The notes beneath the pieces are model-generated. The model ran no database searches. It worked only from the letters and a program-made list of their open reading frames with translations, and had not been told where the DNA came from. From contig JAXMOL010000020.1 in NCBI GenBank assembly GCA_034669905.1, positions 32,001 through 96,000 on the forward strand: DNA of 64,000 nucleotides, written 5' to 3'. Of the stretch, positions 9,417 to 17,700 are shown piece after piece. The DNA is from Candidatus Hydrogenedentota bacterium (GTDB lineage: Bacteria; Hydrogenedentota; Hydrogenedentia; Hydrogenedentales; JAEUWI01). Position 1 is the first letter of the stretch; every line of letters starts with the position of its first letter. The position numbers and the translations under genes were made by a program.

Positions 9417-11111
9417 CTATTCGGAGTCTTCCGACTTTTTCTCCTTCATGCTTCCAAGGACATCCGAAGCATTGGAGAGGGCCTTCAAGACGGATTGCGG
9501 GGTTTCCACCGGGGCGTCGGATTTCTTCGGCGCCTTTTTCGCGGTGGGCGTTGACTTGACGCGGATCGCCGGGCTATCCGTGTTGCTTGCAATACGACGG
9601 GGGGCGCGGCCCAGGGCACTCAACGCGGCGGATGCGGCCGCCAGATCGGGCCCACCTTCCCGTTGGCGTGCCGTGGCTTTCTTCCCCGTGCCGGGGCGCG
9701 GGGATTCTTGGGGCGCTTCGGCAGTAACTTCTTCTACCGGTGTGGGTGTGGCAACCGATTGACTGGCCGGGGTGTCCGGGCTTGTGCGCTTTTGTACCGT
9801 CCCTTTCTTACGGGCGGCGGGCTTCTTTTTTGGAGTCGCCTTTTTCCGGGCCGGCCCTGTCTTGGCCTTGCCTTTAGCAGGGGCTTCCTTCCCGGTCTCC
9901 TCCGGGATATCGACGGACGGTGTCGCCGTGGCCGCTTCGGCTACCCGGGCATAGGAGTCGCCAGAGAGAATTTCCGCCCGTTGCGATGGCCCGAGGGGCG
10001 ATTGATAGCCCGTCGCAATCTCCGGCGTTTCAAGGGGCATACGCTCGCGGCTCGGGTGGGTCTCGATCCAACGGGCGATGGGGCCGAAGACCTCCCGGGC
10101 ACCCTCATGGGAAAAGGCGAGGTCGCAATGGTTGTAGTCGTGTTTGAAGCCGTGTTCCTTGGCGCAGACGAGCATGCGCTTGTCCGAGGAGGGCAGGGCG
10201 TCGAAAAAGGCCTTGGCATTGCTGAGGGTGACAAAGGGATCGAGGGGCGCATAGAGGACGAAGAGCGGAAGATCCAGTTCGGCGAGTCCATCCAGCACGT
10301 TCAGGTTGCCGTTGTCCATGCGCCAGCCCGGCCGATTCACCCAGCGGCAGAGATCGTTTAAGACCCCGGGCAAGGGGTCTTCAATCATCCGGTAAAAATG
10401 GCCGGCATTCATCGTCCGGGCGATGTTACGCATGTTCGTGGGAAAAACCGCGGGGCTGATGCGGAAACAACTCACGATGGGGACCACCCCCCGGACGATA
10501 GCGCCACTGAGGGCGGGGAAGAGTCCCGCAAGCTTGAACATCAGGGGAGAGCGTCGTCCCGATTGGCCTTCAAAGCCCAAGGGGGAGCCCAAGGTGGTGC
10601 CACTGGCGAGACTGTCCGTGCCGTATTTCAGCGCATAGGCGTAGAGGAGCATGCCGCCGAGCGAATGACCGACATAGTGGATGCGCGCATACCCCGTTTC
10701 CTGCTGGATATAACGAATGGCCGTCGGAATGTCGTCATTGAGAAAGTCATCGGTCGTGACCTGATTCCGGGTGCGCTCAAAGGGCGGTATGGACGAGCGA
10801 CAGCCGCGCAGGTCGACGGTCCAGCAGTCATAGCCCCGTTCTACCAGGGCATCCACCAGACTGACCCCTTCCGGGGAGGTGAAATTGTGTTGATTGGTAT
10901 TGGCCCCGTGGACGAGCAGGATGGGTTGGCCACCGGTGCGCCCCTTACGGTAGCGGCACATGCGAATCTTCCAGAGATCCTGGGTCGTTACGAGTACGAC
11001 CTCGTTGGTGTTCAGTTTCTCCGGAAAGAGGGAGTCCAACATAGACCAATAGAGAAGGACCAGGAGCACCAGGCCGAATACGACGGCCAGGCCAATCAAC
11101 AGAGGGATCAT
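9417..11111 (-). CDS. Membrane-anchored alpha/beta hydrolase (lipase/PHA-synthase-like fold) with basic low-complexity C-terminal tail
   Basis: N-terminal TM; LLVHG, GHSLGG nucleophile elbow, DPFV, YNHCDL; K/A/P-rich tail. Confidence 0.8.
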   Translation of the reverse strand: MIPLLIGLAVVFGLVLLVLLYWSMLDSLFPEKLNTNEVVLVTTQDLWKIRMCRYRKGRTGGQPILLVHGANTNQHNFTSPEGVSLVDALVERGYDCWTVDLRGCRSSIPPFERTRNQVTTDDFLNDDIPTAIRYIQQETGYARIHYVGHSLGGMLLYAYALKYGTDSLASGTTLGSPLGFEGQSGRRSPLMFKLAGLFPALSGAIVRGVVPIVSCFRISPAVFPTNMRNIARTMNAGHFYRMIEDPLPGVLNDLCRWVNRPGWRMDNGNLNVLDGLAELDLPLFVLYAPLDPFVTLSNAKAFFDALPSSDKRMLVCAKEHGFKHDYNHCDLAFSHEGAREVFGPIARWIETHPSRERMPLETPEIATGYQSPLGPSQRAEILSGDSYARVAEAATATPSVDIPEETGKEAPAKGKAKTGPARKKATPKKKPAARKKGTVQKRTSPDTPASQSVATPTPVEEVTAEAPQESPRPGTGKKATARQREGGPDLAAASAALSALGRAPRRIASNTDSPAIRVKSTPTAKKAPKKSDAPVETPQSVLKALSNASDVLGSMKEKKSEDSE

Positions 11112-11187
11112 AAATCACGTTCCTTGCCGCTATGCGGCCATGCGTTTGCTATTCGAAGCGATATCATACCGAATCGCTGCCGATACT

Positions 11188-13098
11188 TCATCCTGACTCC
11201 GTATCCTGGTGCAGAAAGGCATGGACCGTTTCGGCCAGTTCGTCGCTGAAACCAGGGAGCGCGGCGATTTCTGCGACGGTGGCTTCCCGCACCCGGGTGA
11301 CCGAGCCAAGCTTGGTCAGAAGGGTCTGGGCGCGCCGGGGGCCCACGCCGGGGATGTCCACCAGCGTGTTCTTGAGGGCGGCTTTTCCCCGCTTCTTTCG
11401 GTGATAGGTAATGGCGAAGCGGTGGGCCTCGTTCCGGATGCGGGCGGCTAACTGGACCACCGGTCCATTCTGGGGGAGCACAATGGGATTCATGCGGCCG
11501 GGCAGGAAGAAGCGTTCGGGGGAGCGGTCCCCCTCTTCCTGGGCGCGTGATTTCGCAATGCCCGCATGGGGGAGATCTTCTATCCCCAGGTCCTTAAAGA
11601 CCGCGGTGGCCATACCCAGCTGCCCCTTGCCGCCGTCAATCAATACAAAATCGGGGAGGTCATCTTCGTCGATGGCGCGGGTATAGCGGCGCAATAAAAC
11701 TTCCCGCATGCTGGCAAAGTCGTCCTGCCCGTCTACGGTCTTCATGGAAAAGCGGCGGTAGCGGGCCTTATCCGGTTGTCCGTCGGTAAAGACCACCATG
11801 GATGCGACCGTCGCCGTGCCCTGGATGGTGGAGATATCGAAACACTCGATGCGTTTGGGAAGTCTGGGGAGTTTCAGCGCTTCCTTCATGGTGGCGAGGG
11901 TGTCTTTGTCCGCCGCTTCGGAGAGTTGCTTTTCATGGAAGCGCTGCTCCGCGTTGCGATTGGCAAGATCGACCAGGGCCGTCTTCTCGCCCCGCTGGGG
12001 CCAGTGGACATGGACCTTGCTGCCCCGTTGCTCAGTGAGTAGTTCGCCCAGTACGTCCGCACTTTCAAATTCCAGGGGCACGAGCACTTCCGACGGGATG
12101 GCAGGCGCTTCGCTGTAGTATTGCAAGACAAAAGAACTAAGCAGATCATCCAGCGGCATTTCCTGCCGTTTGAAAAATACGTTGCGTCCGCCCAGCATTT
12201 TGCCGCCACGGTAGAAGAGGATCTGGATGGCCGCAAAACTACCTTCGTGGTAGATGCCAAAGACGTCACGATCTTCCGCGCCCGGCACCGCCACGGTGCG
12301 CTGTCGCTCCAGGGTTCGTCGCAGATCGAAAAGTCGATCCCGGAGTGTGGCGGCCTTTTCAAACTCCATATTTTCGGCGCACGCGTTTATTTCACCGAGC
12401 AGTTGTTGTTCCAGGGCATCACTTTTCCCCTCCAGGATAAGCAACACCTGGTTGAGGAGATCGTGGTATTCCTCCCGGCTTACGTAGTCCACACAGGGAG
12501 CCACACACTGTTTCATCTGGTAGTAGAGACAGGGACGGGTCCGATTCTTCATGACACTGTCGGAGCAGGTACGGAGGGGGAAGAGGTGCTGCAGCTGGCG
12601 GAGGGTATGGCGCACCGAGGAGGCGCTGTGGTAGGGGCCAAAGTAACGGGCTCCATCTTTGCGGTAGCGTCGGACCACGGTGATGCGGGGAAAGTCCTGT
12701 CGCGTATCGACCCGCAGACTGATGTAGGTCTTGTCGTCTTTCAGTTGGACGTTGTAACGGGGCCGGTGCTGCTTGATGAGGCTGTTCTCTAGGAGCAGGG
12801 CCTCTTTCTCGTTGCTGGTGACGAGAAATTGGATGCGGGATACGCGCCGCATCAGAAACTTCACGCTGTAGCGGGAATCACTGGCATTGATGTAAGAGCG
12901 AATCCGTGCGCGGAGGCTCTTGGCTTTTCCCACATAGATGGGCTTTCCCTTGCCATCCTCCATGATATAGCACCCGGGTTCCGTGGGTACCGTAGAAATA
13001 TCGAAGCCGTCAATGAATTCCTCGGCGCTGGCGGCTGGCTTTTCGCCCTGCAGGGCAATCGCGGCGGTGGAGGTGACGGTATCGGCTGGTTGCTGCAT
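11188..13098 (-). CDS. uvrC: Excinuclease ABC subunit C
   Basis: GIY-YIG (GCYIM..IYVGKAKSLRARIRSY), Cys cluster, UVR coil, RIECFDIS and LIDGGKGQ RNase H-like motifs, C-terminal HhH; start estimated. Confidence 0.97.
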   Translation of the reverse strand: MQQPADTVTSTAAIALQGEKPAASAEEFIDGFDISTVPTEPGCYIMEDGKGKPIYVGKAKSLRARIRSYINASDSRYSVKFLMRRVSRIQFLVTSNEKEALLLENSLIKQHRPRYNVQLKDDKTYISLRVDTRQDFPRITVVRRYRKDGARYFGPYHSASSVRHTLRQLQHLFPLRTCSDSVMKNRTRPCLYYQMKQCVAPCVDYVSREEYHDLLNQVLLILEGKSDALEQQLLGEINACAENMEFEKAATLRDRLFDLRRTLERQRTVAVPGAEDRDVFGIYHEGSFAAIQILFYRGGKMLGGRNVFFKRQEMPLDDLLSSFVLQYYSEAPAIPSEVLVPLEFESADVLGELLTEQRGSKVHVHWPQRGEKTALVDLANRNAEQRFHEKQLSEAADKDTLATMKEALKLPRLPKRIECFDISTIQGTATVASMVVFTDGQPDKARYRRFSMKTVDGQDDFASMREVLLRRYTRAIDEDDLPDFVLIDGGKGQLGMATAVFKDLGIEDLPHAGIAKSRAQEEGDRSPERFFLPGRMNPIVLPQNGPVVQLAARIRNEAHRFAITYHRKKRGKAALKNTLVDIPGVGPRRAQTLLTKLGSVTRVREATVAEIAALPGFSDELAETVHAFLHQDTESG

Positions 13099-13228
13099 GC
13101 CGGTAGAATAGCATAGGCATGTACGTCCAGGCGCGCCTGCGTGGTACAATTGGGCTGTCCGCGATGGTGCATTCCATGTACCCGGTGTGTCGCAGGTGGT
13201 AGCAGTAGAATGAAACCGAAGGACGCGC

Positions 13229-13981
13229 ATGACCGTGGAAGCTCCTCAACCGATCCCTGCCGGTGTTCCGTCGCCGTTGGTGCTACGGCGCATACGACTG
13301 CTGGGCCATTTCAGCCTGGCAATCACGGCAGCGGTCTTTATCGGGGCAGCGTTTCTTTGGGGCGAGCCTTACCCCCACGTGGGTAAACTCATTGTGGCCC
13401 ATATCGTGGGCGGGCGCGCAGGCAATGCGACAGTCGGCCTGAACAGCGGATTCGATCCGTGGTTCATTCTCTTTCAATCCTGCATGCAGGATTTCATCAT
13501 CATGTTTTACGCCTTTCCGATTTTCGCGACGGGCCTGGCCGCTGCCGAGAAATGGCCAATTATCGGTCCCGCGCTCACCCGAATTCATGCCCTGGCCGAA
13601 CGCTATAAATCCCGACTCGCCCCCTATGGCCTGCTGGGGCTCATGCTCTTTGTCCTGTTTCCTTTTTGGAGTACTGGGCCCCTGGTGGGCGTGGTCGTGG
13701 GCTATCTGCTGGGCCTGCGGGTACTCTGGTCCTTCAGTGCGGTCATCGTAGGCAACGTGATAGCTGTGGCCCTCTGGATATTTGCCTTTGACTTCGTCAA
13801 CGGAAAGCTCCTGGCCATTGATGAGAATCTGCCCTGGATCCTCGCTGCCGCTATCCTCGTGGCGGGTATTCTGGGCGGGATCTGGCACCACTGGCAGCGG
13901 CGTCGTCAGGCAGCAATCCTGGCGAAAGGCGCACCCGCCAAGGAGGTGCCGAAGAAGCCCGTGGTGCCCCAGCCGGAGTAG
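13229..13981 (+). CDS. Putative small multidrug export family membrane protein
   Basis: GLMLFVLFPFWSTGPLVG..GYLLGL motif; several TM helices. Confidence 0.7.
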   Translation: MTVEAPQPIPAGVPSPLVLRRIRLLGHFSLAITAAVFIGAAFLWGEPYPHVGKLIVAHIVGGRAGNATVGLNSGFDPWFILFQSCMQDFIIMFYAFPIFATGLAAAEKWPIIGPALTRIHALAERYKSRLAPYGLLGLMLFVLFPFWSTGPLVGVVVGYLLGLRVLWSFSAVIVGNVIAVALWIFAFDFVNGKLLAIDENLPWILAAAILVAGILGGIWHHWQRRRQAAILAKGAPAKEVPKKPVVPQPE

Positions 13982-14063
13982 CTCTGACCGCGATGGACAT
14001 GTAGGCATCGCTTTTCCGGGTGGACGACTTGATTGGGTGACCATAGCGCGGTAGGATTCGGCT

Positions 14064-14948
14064 ATGATTGAGCAAACTAATCTACAAACGGCGGCAAAAC
14101 TGTTGCCCCCGCGCCCCGATGACGGACATAAAGGTACCTTCGGACACGTTTTTCTTTTGGCGGGCTCCCGGCGCTACCCGGGTGCGATGCGCCTGGCCTG
14201 TGAAGGAGCCAGTCGCTCGGGGGTCGGTCTGGTTACGGCGGGTATCCCGGAGATGATTATCGGCGTCGCGGCGGTCACGTTGCTCGAGAGCATGGGATTG
14301 GCACTGCCCGATACCCCCTCTGGTGCGTTGGGCCGGGAGGCCATCGAACCGGCTATGGACTTCGCACAGGACAAGGACAGTGTGGTGCTCGGTCCCGGTC
14401 TGGGGGCCGACGAGGAAACCCTCGATTTTGTCCTGGAATGTGTGCCCAGGATTACGGCTCCCCTGGTATTGGACGCGGACGGCCTGAATCTGGTGGCAAG
14501 AAATGTACTCTGCCTCATCCCGCGCCTGACGGCCACGACTATTCTCACGCCCCACCCCGGTGAAATGGCCCGGCTGATGGGCATCAGCACGAAGGAGGTC
14601 CAATCCCAACGGGAAACCGTGGCGGCTTCCTTCGCGTCCACCCATCGGGTCATCGTGGTGTTAAAGGGCTATGAAACGATTGTGGCCCATCCCGATGGCC
14701 GGCTTGCCATGAATACCACGGGGAACAGCGGTATGGGTACCGGTGGGACGGGGGACATCCTCGCGGGCCTGCTCGGTGGTCTCTTGGCCCAGGGCATGGA
14801 CCCATGGGATGCGGCCCGTCTGGGCGTATGGCTTCATGGCTATGCCGGCGATGTGGCGGCCCAGGAGTTCACGGCACGGGCCATGATTGCGCGGGATGTC
14901 ATTGCCTGTCTGCCCAAGGCCTTTGCCACCCTGGAGGCCGCGCTATGA
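14064..14948 (+). CDS. nnrD: ADP-dependent NAD(P)H-hydrate dehydratase (YjeF C-terminal domain only)
   Basis: HKGTFG, GPGLG, LDADGLN, LTPHPGEMARL, GGTGDILAG motifs. Confidence 0.95.
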   Translation: MIEQTNLQTAAKLLPPRPDDGHKGTFGHVFLLAGSRRYPGAMRLACEGASRSGVGLVTAGIPEMIIGVAAVTLLESMGLALPDTPSGALGREAIEPAMDFAQDKDSVVLGPGLGADEETLDFVLECVPRITAPLVLDADGLNLVARNVLCLIPRLTATTILTPHPGEMARLMGISTKEVQSQRETVAASFASTHRVIVVLKGYETIVAHPDGRLAMNTTGNSGMGTGGTGDILAGLLGGLLAQGMDPWDAARLGVWLHGYAGDVAAQEFTARAMIARDVIACLPKAFATLEAAL

Positions 14949-15925
14949 GCGACTCGGTGGGGGATCGGGGGGAATTCGCGCTTATTGCGTCCCTCACGGC
15001 ATCCCTGAAATCAGGCGAAGGGATTCCGCAGGGGATCGGGGACGATTGCGCCGTCCTGCGTGTGGGCGACAAGGAACTCCTGCTGACCTGCGACGCCTCG
15101 CTGGAAGACATTCATTTCAAGCGGAACTGGGGTACGCCCGAAGATATCGGGTGGAAGGCGGCGGTTTCTGCCCTGAGTGACATTGCGGCCATGGGCGGAC
15201 GTCCCGTGGCGGTACTGGTCACCCTGGCCTTACCCGAAGCCTTGCCCGTGGCCTACGCCGAAGGAGTGTATCGGGGACTGGCCAACGCGGTGGAGTCGAC
15301 CGGCGCCACGATTGTCGGGGGCGACACCACGGCATCGCGCTCTGGCATTGTCATCGACCTGTCGGTTATTGGCGAAGTGGTGGGGCGTGCCGTGTTGCGC
15401 TCGGACGCGCGGCCGGGTGACGTAGTGGCTGTAACGGGGGCCGTCGGTGAACGGGGAGCTGGCCTCCACGCCTTGCTCAACGGACACGACGCACCAGACT
15501 TCATTCGGGCCTACCTCCATCCATCGCCCCGTATCGACGAGGGTGTCTGGCTTCAGGAACAGTCGGGGGTCCACGCCATGATGGATGTATCCGATGGATT
15601 GCTGCCCGATGTCCGACACATTGCCAAGGCGAGCGGTGTAGGCATTAACCTGCTGTCGGCCCAGTTGCCCAACAACGTTTCCCTGTGGTCGTATTGGGCA
15701 GAGCAAGGCATGGAGAGTATGCCGCAGCGCCTCTGCAGCGGGGAAGAGTATGAGCTTCTGGTGATGCTTCAGGTGGAAGAGGCACCCGCAATGGTGCAGC
15801 AATTCATGGCAAACTTTGATGTGGAAATTCATCCAATCGGCGTTTGCACGGACCGGTCCGGCGAGGTGTGGGTAGATGGGGAGCCGCCCGCCGCACAGGG
15901 ATTCGAACACTTCCGTACACCGTGA
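14945..15925 (+). CDS. thiL: Thiamine-monophosphate kinase
   Basis: GEFALI, GIGDDCA, LSDIAAMGG, GGDT, DVSDGL, GEEYEL; ATGA overlap with nnrD stop. Confidence 0.95.
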   Translation: MSDSVGDRGEFALIASLTASLKSGEGIPQGIGDDCAVLRVGDKELLLTCDASLEDIHFKRNWGTPEDIGWKAAVSALSDIAAMGGRPVAVLVTLALPEALPVAYAEGVYRGLANAVESTGATIVGGDTTASRSGIVIDLSVIGEVVGRAVLRSDARPGDVVAVTGAVGERGAGLHALLNGHDAPDFIRAYLHPSPRIDEGVWLQEQSGVHAMMDVSDGLLPDVRHIAKASGVGINLLSAQLPNNVSLWSYWAEQGMESMPQRLCSGEEYELLVMLQVEEAPAMVQQFMANFDVEIHPIGVCTDRSGEVWVDGEPPAAQGFEHFRTP

Positions 15926-15937
15926 TGGCGGGTTGAT

Positions 15938-16516
15938 TTACCCGAAATACTCCGGGGCATTGCCGGGCTTCCACTTGATATTGCAGCCGAGGCTGGCCTT
16001 CTGCGTTTCTGGTGCTGGCTCTCCGGCGAGGAGGCGGTCCAGGGCGTTCCGCAGATCTTTTCCCGTAACCGCAACATCATTTCCCGGACGCGCGTCGTCA
16101 AACTGGCCCCGATAGTAGAGACGACGATCGCCGTCGAAGAGGAAGAAGTCGGGGGTGCAGGCGGCGTGGTAGGCCTTGGCCACTTCCTGGGATTCGTCGT
16201 AGAGATAGGGGAAGGTGTACCCGTAGGTCATGATTTCATCCACCATCTTTTCGGGGCTGTCGTCGGGATAATTTTCCACGTCGTTGGCATTGATAGCGAC
16301 GACGCTGATGCATTCCTTCTGATAGGTGCGTCCCAGGTCGGCCAGGGCTTCGCGCAGCATTTTCACATAGGGACAGTGATTGGAGATGAACATGATGAGC
16401 AGGCCCCGCTCTTCATTGAAGTCGGAGAAATGCATCATTTTTCCCGTGGCGTCGGGCAGGCTGAATTCGGGGGCTTTCGTGCCCAGAGGAAGCATCGTAG
16501 AGGCAGTGCGCACCAT
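15938..16516 (-). CDS. Thioredoxin-fold AhpC/TSA family protein
   Basis: LGTKAPEFSLPD, SNHCPYV, ACTPDFFLFD, YRGQFDD, GCNIKW motifs. Confidence 0.9.
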   Translation of the reverse strand: MVRTASTMLPLGTKAPEFSLPDATGKMMHFSDFNEERGLLIMFISNHCPYVKMLREALADLGRTYQKECISVVAINANDVENYPDDSPEKMVDEIMTYGYTFPYLYDESQEVAKAYHAACTPDFFLFDGDRRLYYRGQFDDARPGNDVAVTGKDLRNALDRLLAGEPAPETQKASLGCNIKWKPGNAPEYFG

Positions 16517-16677
16517 GGTTGTGGACATCCTTCGGGTGTACTTGGTATCGGTGGAGGGGAAGGATCAGGGCTCCTTCCCGAGGGAATCGCTATTGTACGC
16601 AAAGAAACGCCCTCCGGCAAATTGGGCGGGCCGGAGGGCGTCTCAGCGGAACAGGTGCCAGGGCACCAGGAGAAACC

Positions 16678-17643
16678 TTATTTCGTGACGGATTTCCGCA
16701 CGGTATAGGATTTCTTGTTGTAGGCAGCGTTGTATTCATTCACCCGGTCGAGCCAGGAACTCTCAAGGCTCAGCGCCCAGTCACTCCGGGGCGTGTTCGT
16801 CGGCGTAATGGACAGGTCACTCTGGGCGGACTCCGTCAGTTCGCGGTAGCTGATAGCGGGAACCTCGGACTGTTTCGTAGCCTTGCGGTCGCGGATAGTC
16901 GGCAATACGGTGCGGCCTTTACGAAGGGCGCGGTCGGCCTTGCTCTTGAGGAGGTCGTAGGGGTCCGTCCCATATTCGTAGAGGTAGACGGGGCCATAGA
17001 CGCCGGTGCCGAGATCGATATCTTCAAAGTAGATATCGTTCACATTCCCGTTTTCATCGGTGCCCTGGTAGAAGAGGAGGGCGTCGAGCCAGTCAAAGGG
17101 CAACCCGGAGACGTAGTCATAGGCACCGAGGATGCGGCCTTCGGAGAAGCCATCGTTATAGCCATCGCTGAAACCCCCATCGAGCCACTCGATATGGGTG
17201 TCGACGAGAAGGAAGTTTTCCCAGTTGGGGTCGAAGGCGATGTCATAGCCTTCACTGAATCCGATGGCGAAGGCGTAGTCATAGGCCACGAAGTACCCAT
17301 CGTTGTAGGCGTACCAGATGCCGTCATAGTAACCGGCATCGTAGGCGGGGTCTTCTACGACGGGAATCTGGCTTCCCGTGTAGTAGATGGTGCCACCGTC
17401 GACCGTGTCGTAGCTGTCGTCGAAGCCCTGCCAGTATTCCGAGTCATCGGCAAAGCCCACCAGAAAGCCGGCGTCGTATTCGACCTGGTCAACGTTTCCG
17501 CCACCACCGCCACTGCCTCCGCCGTTTCCACCGCCGGTACCCGGTATACCCGTGTAGTAGGGGCAACCGGCCAGGACAATTGCTGCGCCGAAGAGGGCGA
17601 CATGCATTCGGTATTGGGTCAGGGTATTCCGTACGTTTTTCAT
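16678..17643 (-). CDS. Hypothetical lipoprotein with Gly linker and Tyr/Asp/Gly-rich (Y/F)xxG repeats
   Basis: Lipobox LAGC; GGGNGGGSGGGGG linker; YDAGF/YDAGYYDG/FSEGY/FSDGYNDGFSEG repeats. Confidence 0.7.
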   Translation of the reverse strand: MKNVRNTLTQYRMHVALFGAAIVLAGCPYYTGIPGTGGGNGGGSGGGGGNVDQVEYDAGFLVGFADDSEYWQGFDDSYDTVDGGTIYYTGSQIPVVEDPAYDAGYYDGIWYAYNDGYFVAYDYAFAIGFSEGYDIAFDPNWENFLLVDTHIEWLDGGFSDGYNDGFSEGRILGAYDYVSGLPFDWLDALLFYQGTDENGNVNDIYFEDIDLGTGVYGPVYLYEYGTDPYDLLKSKADRALRKGRTVLPTIRDRKATKQSEVPAISYRELTESAQSDLSITPTNTPRSDWALSLESSWLDRVNEYNAAYNKKSYTVRKSVTK

Positions 17644-17700
17644 GGCTACGATTCCTTTGTCGGTTGCCTTAGCTTCGAATCCATTCGAGGCTCACTGCGC

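Noticed and set aside
13982..14063. TPP riboswitch upstream of nnrD-thiL
   Set aside because: No CTGAGA/TGAT..GCGTAGG-type TPP aptamer pattern, and the gap is too short
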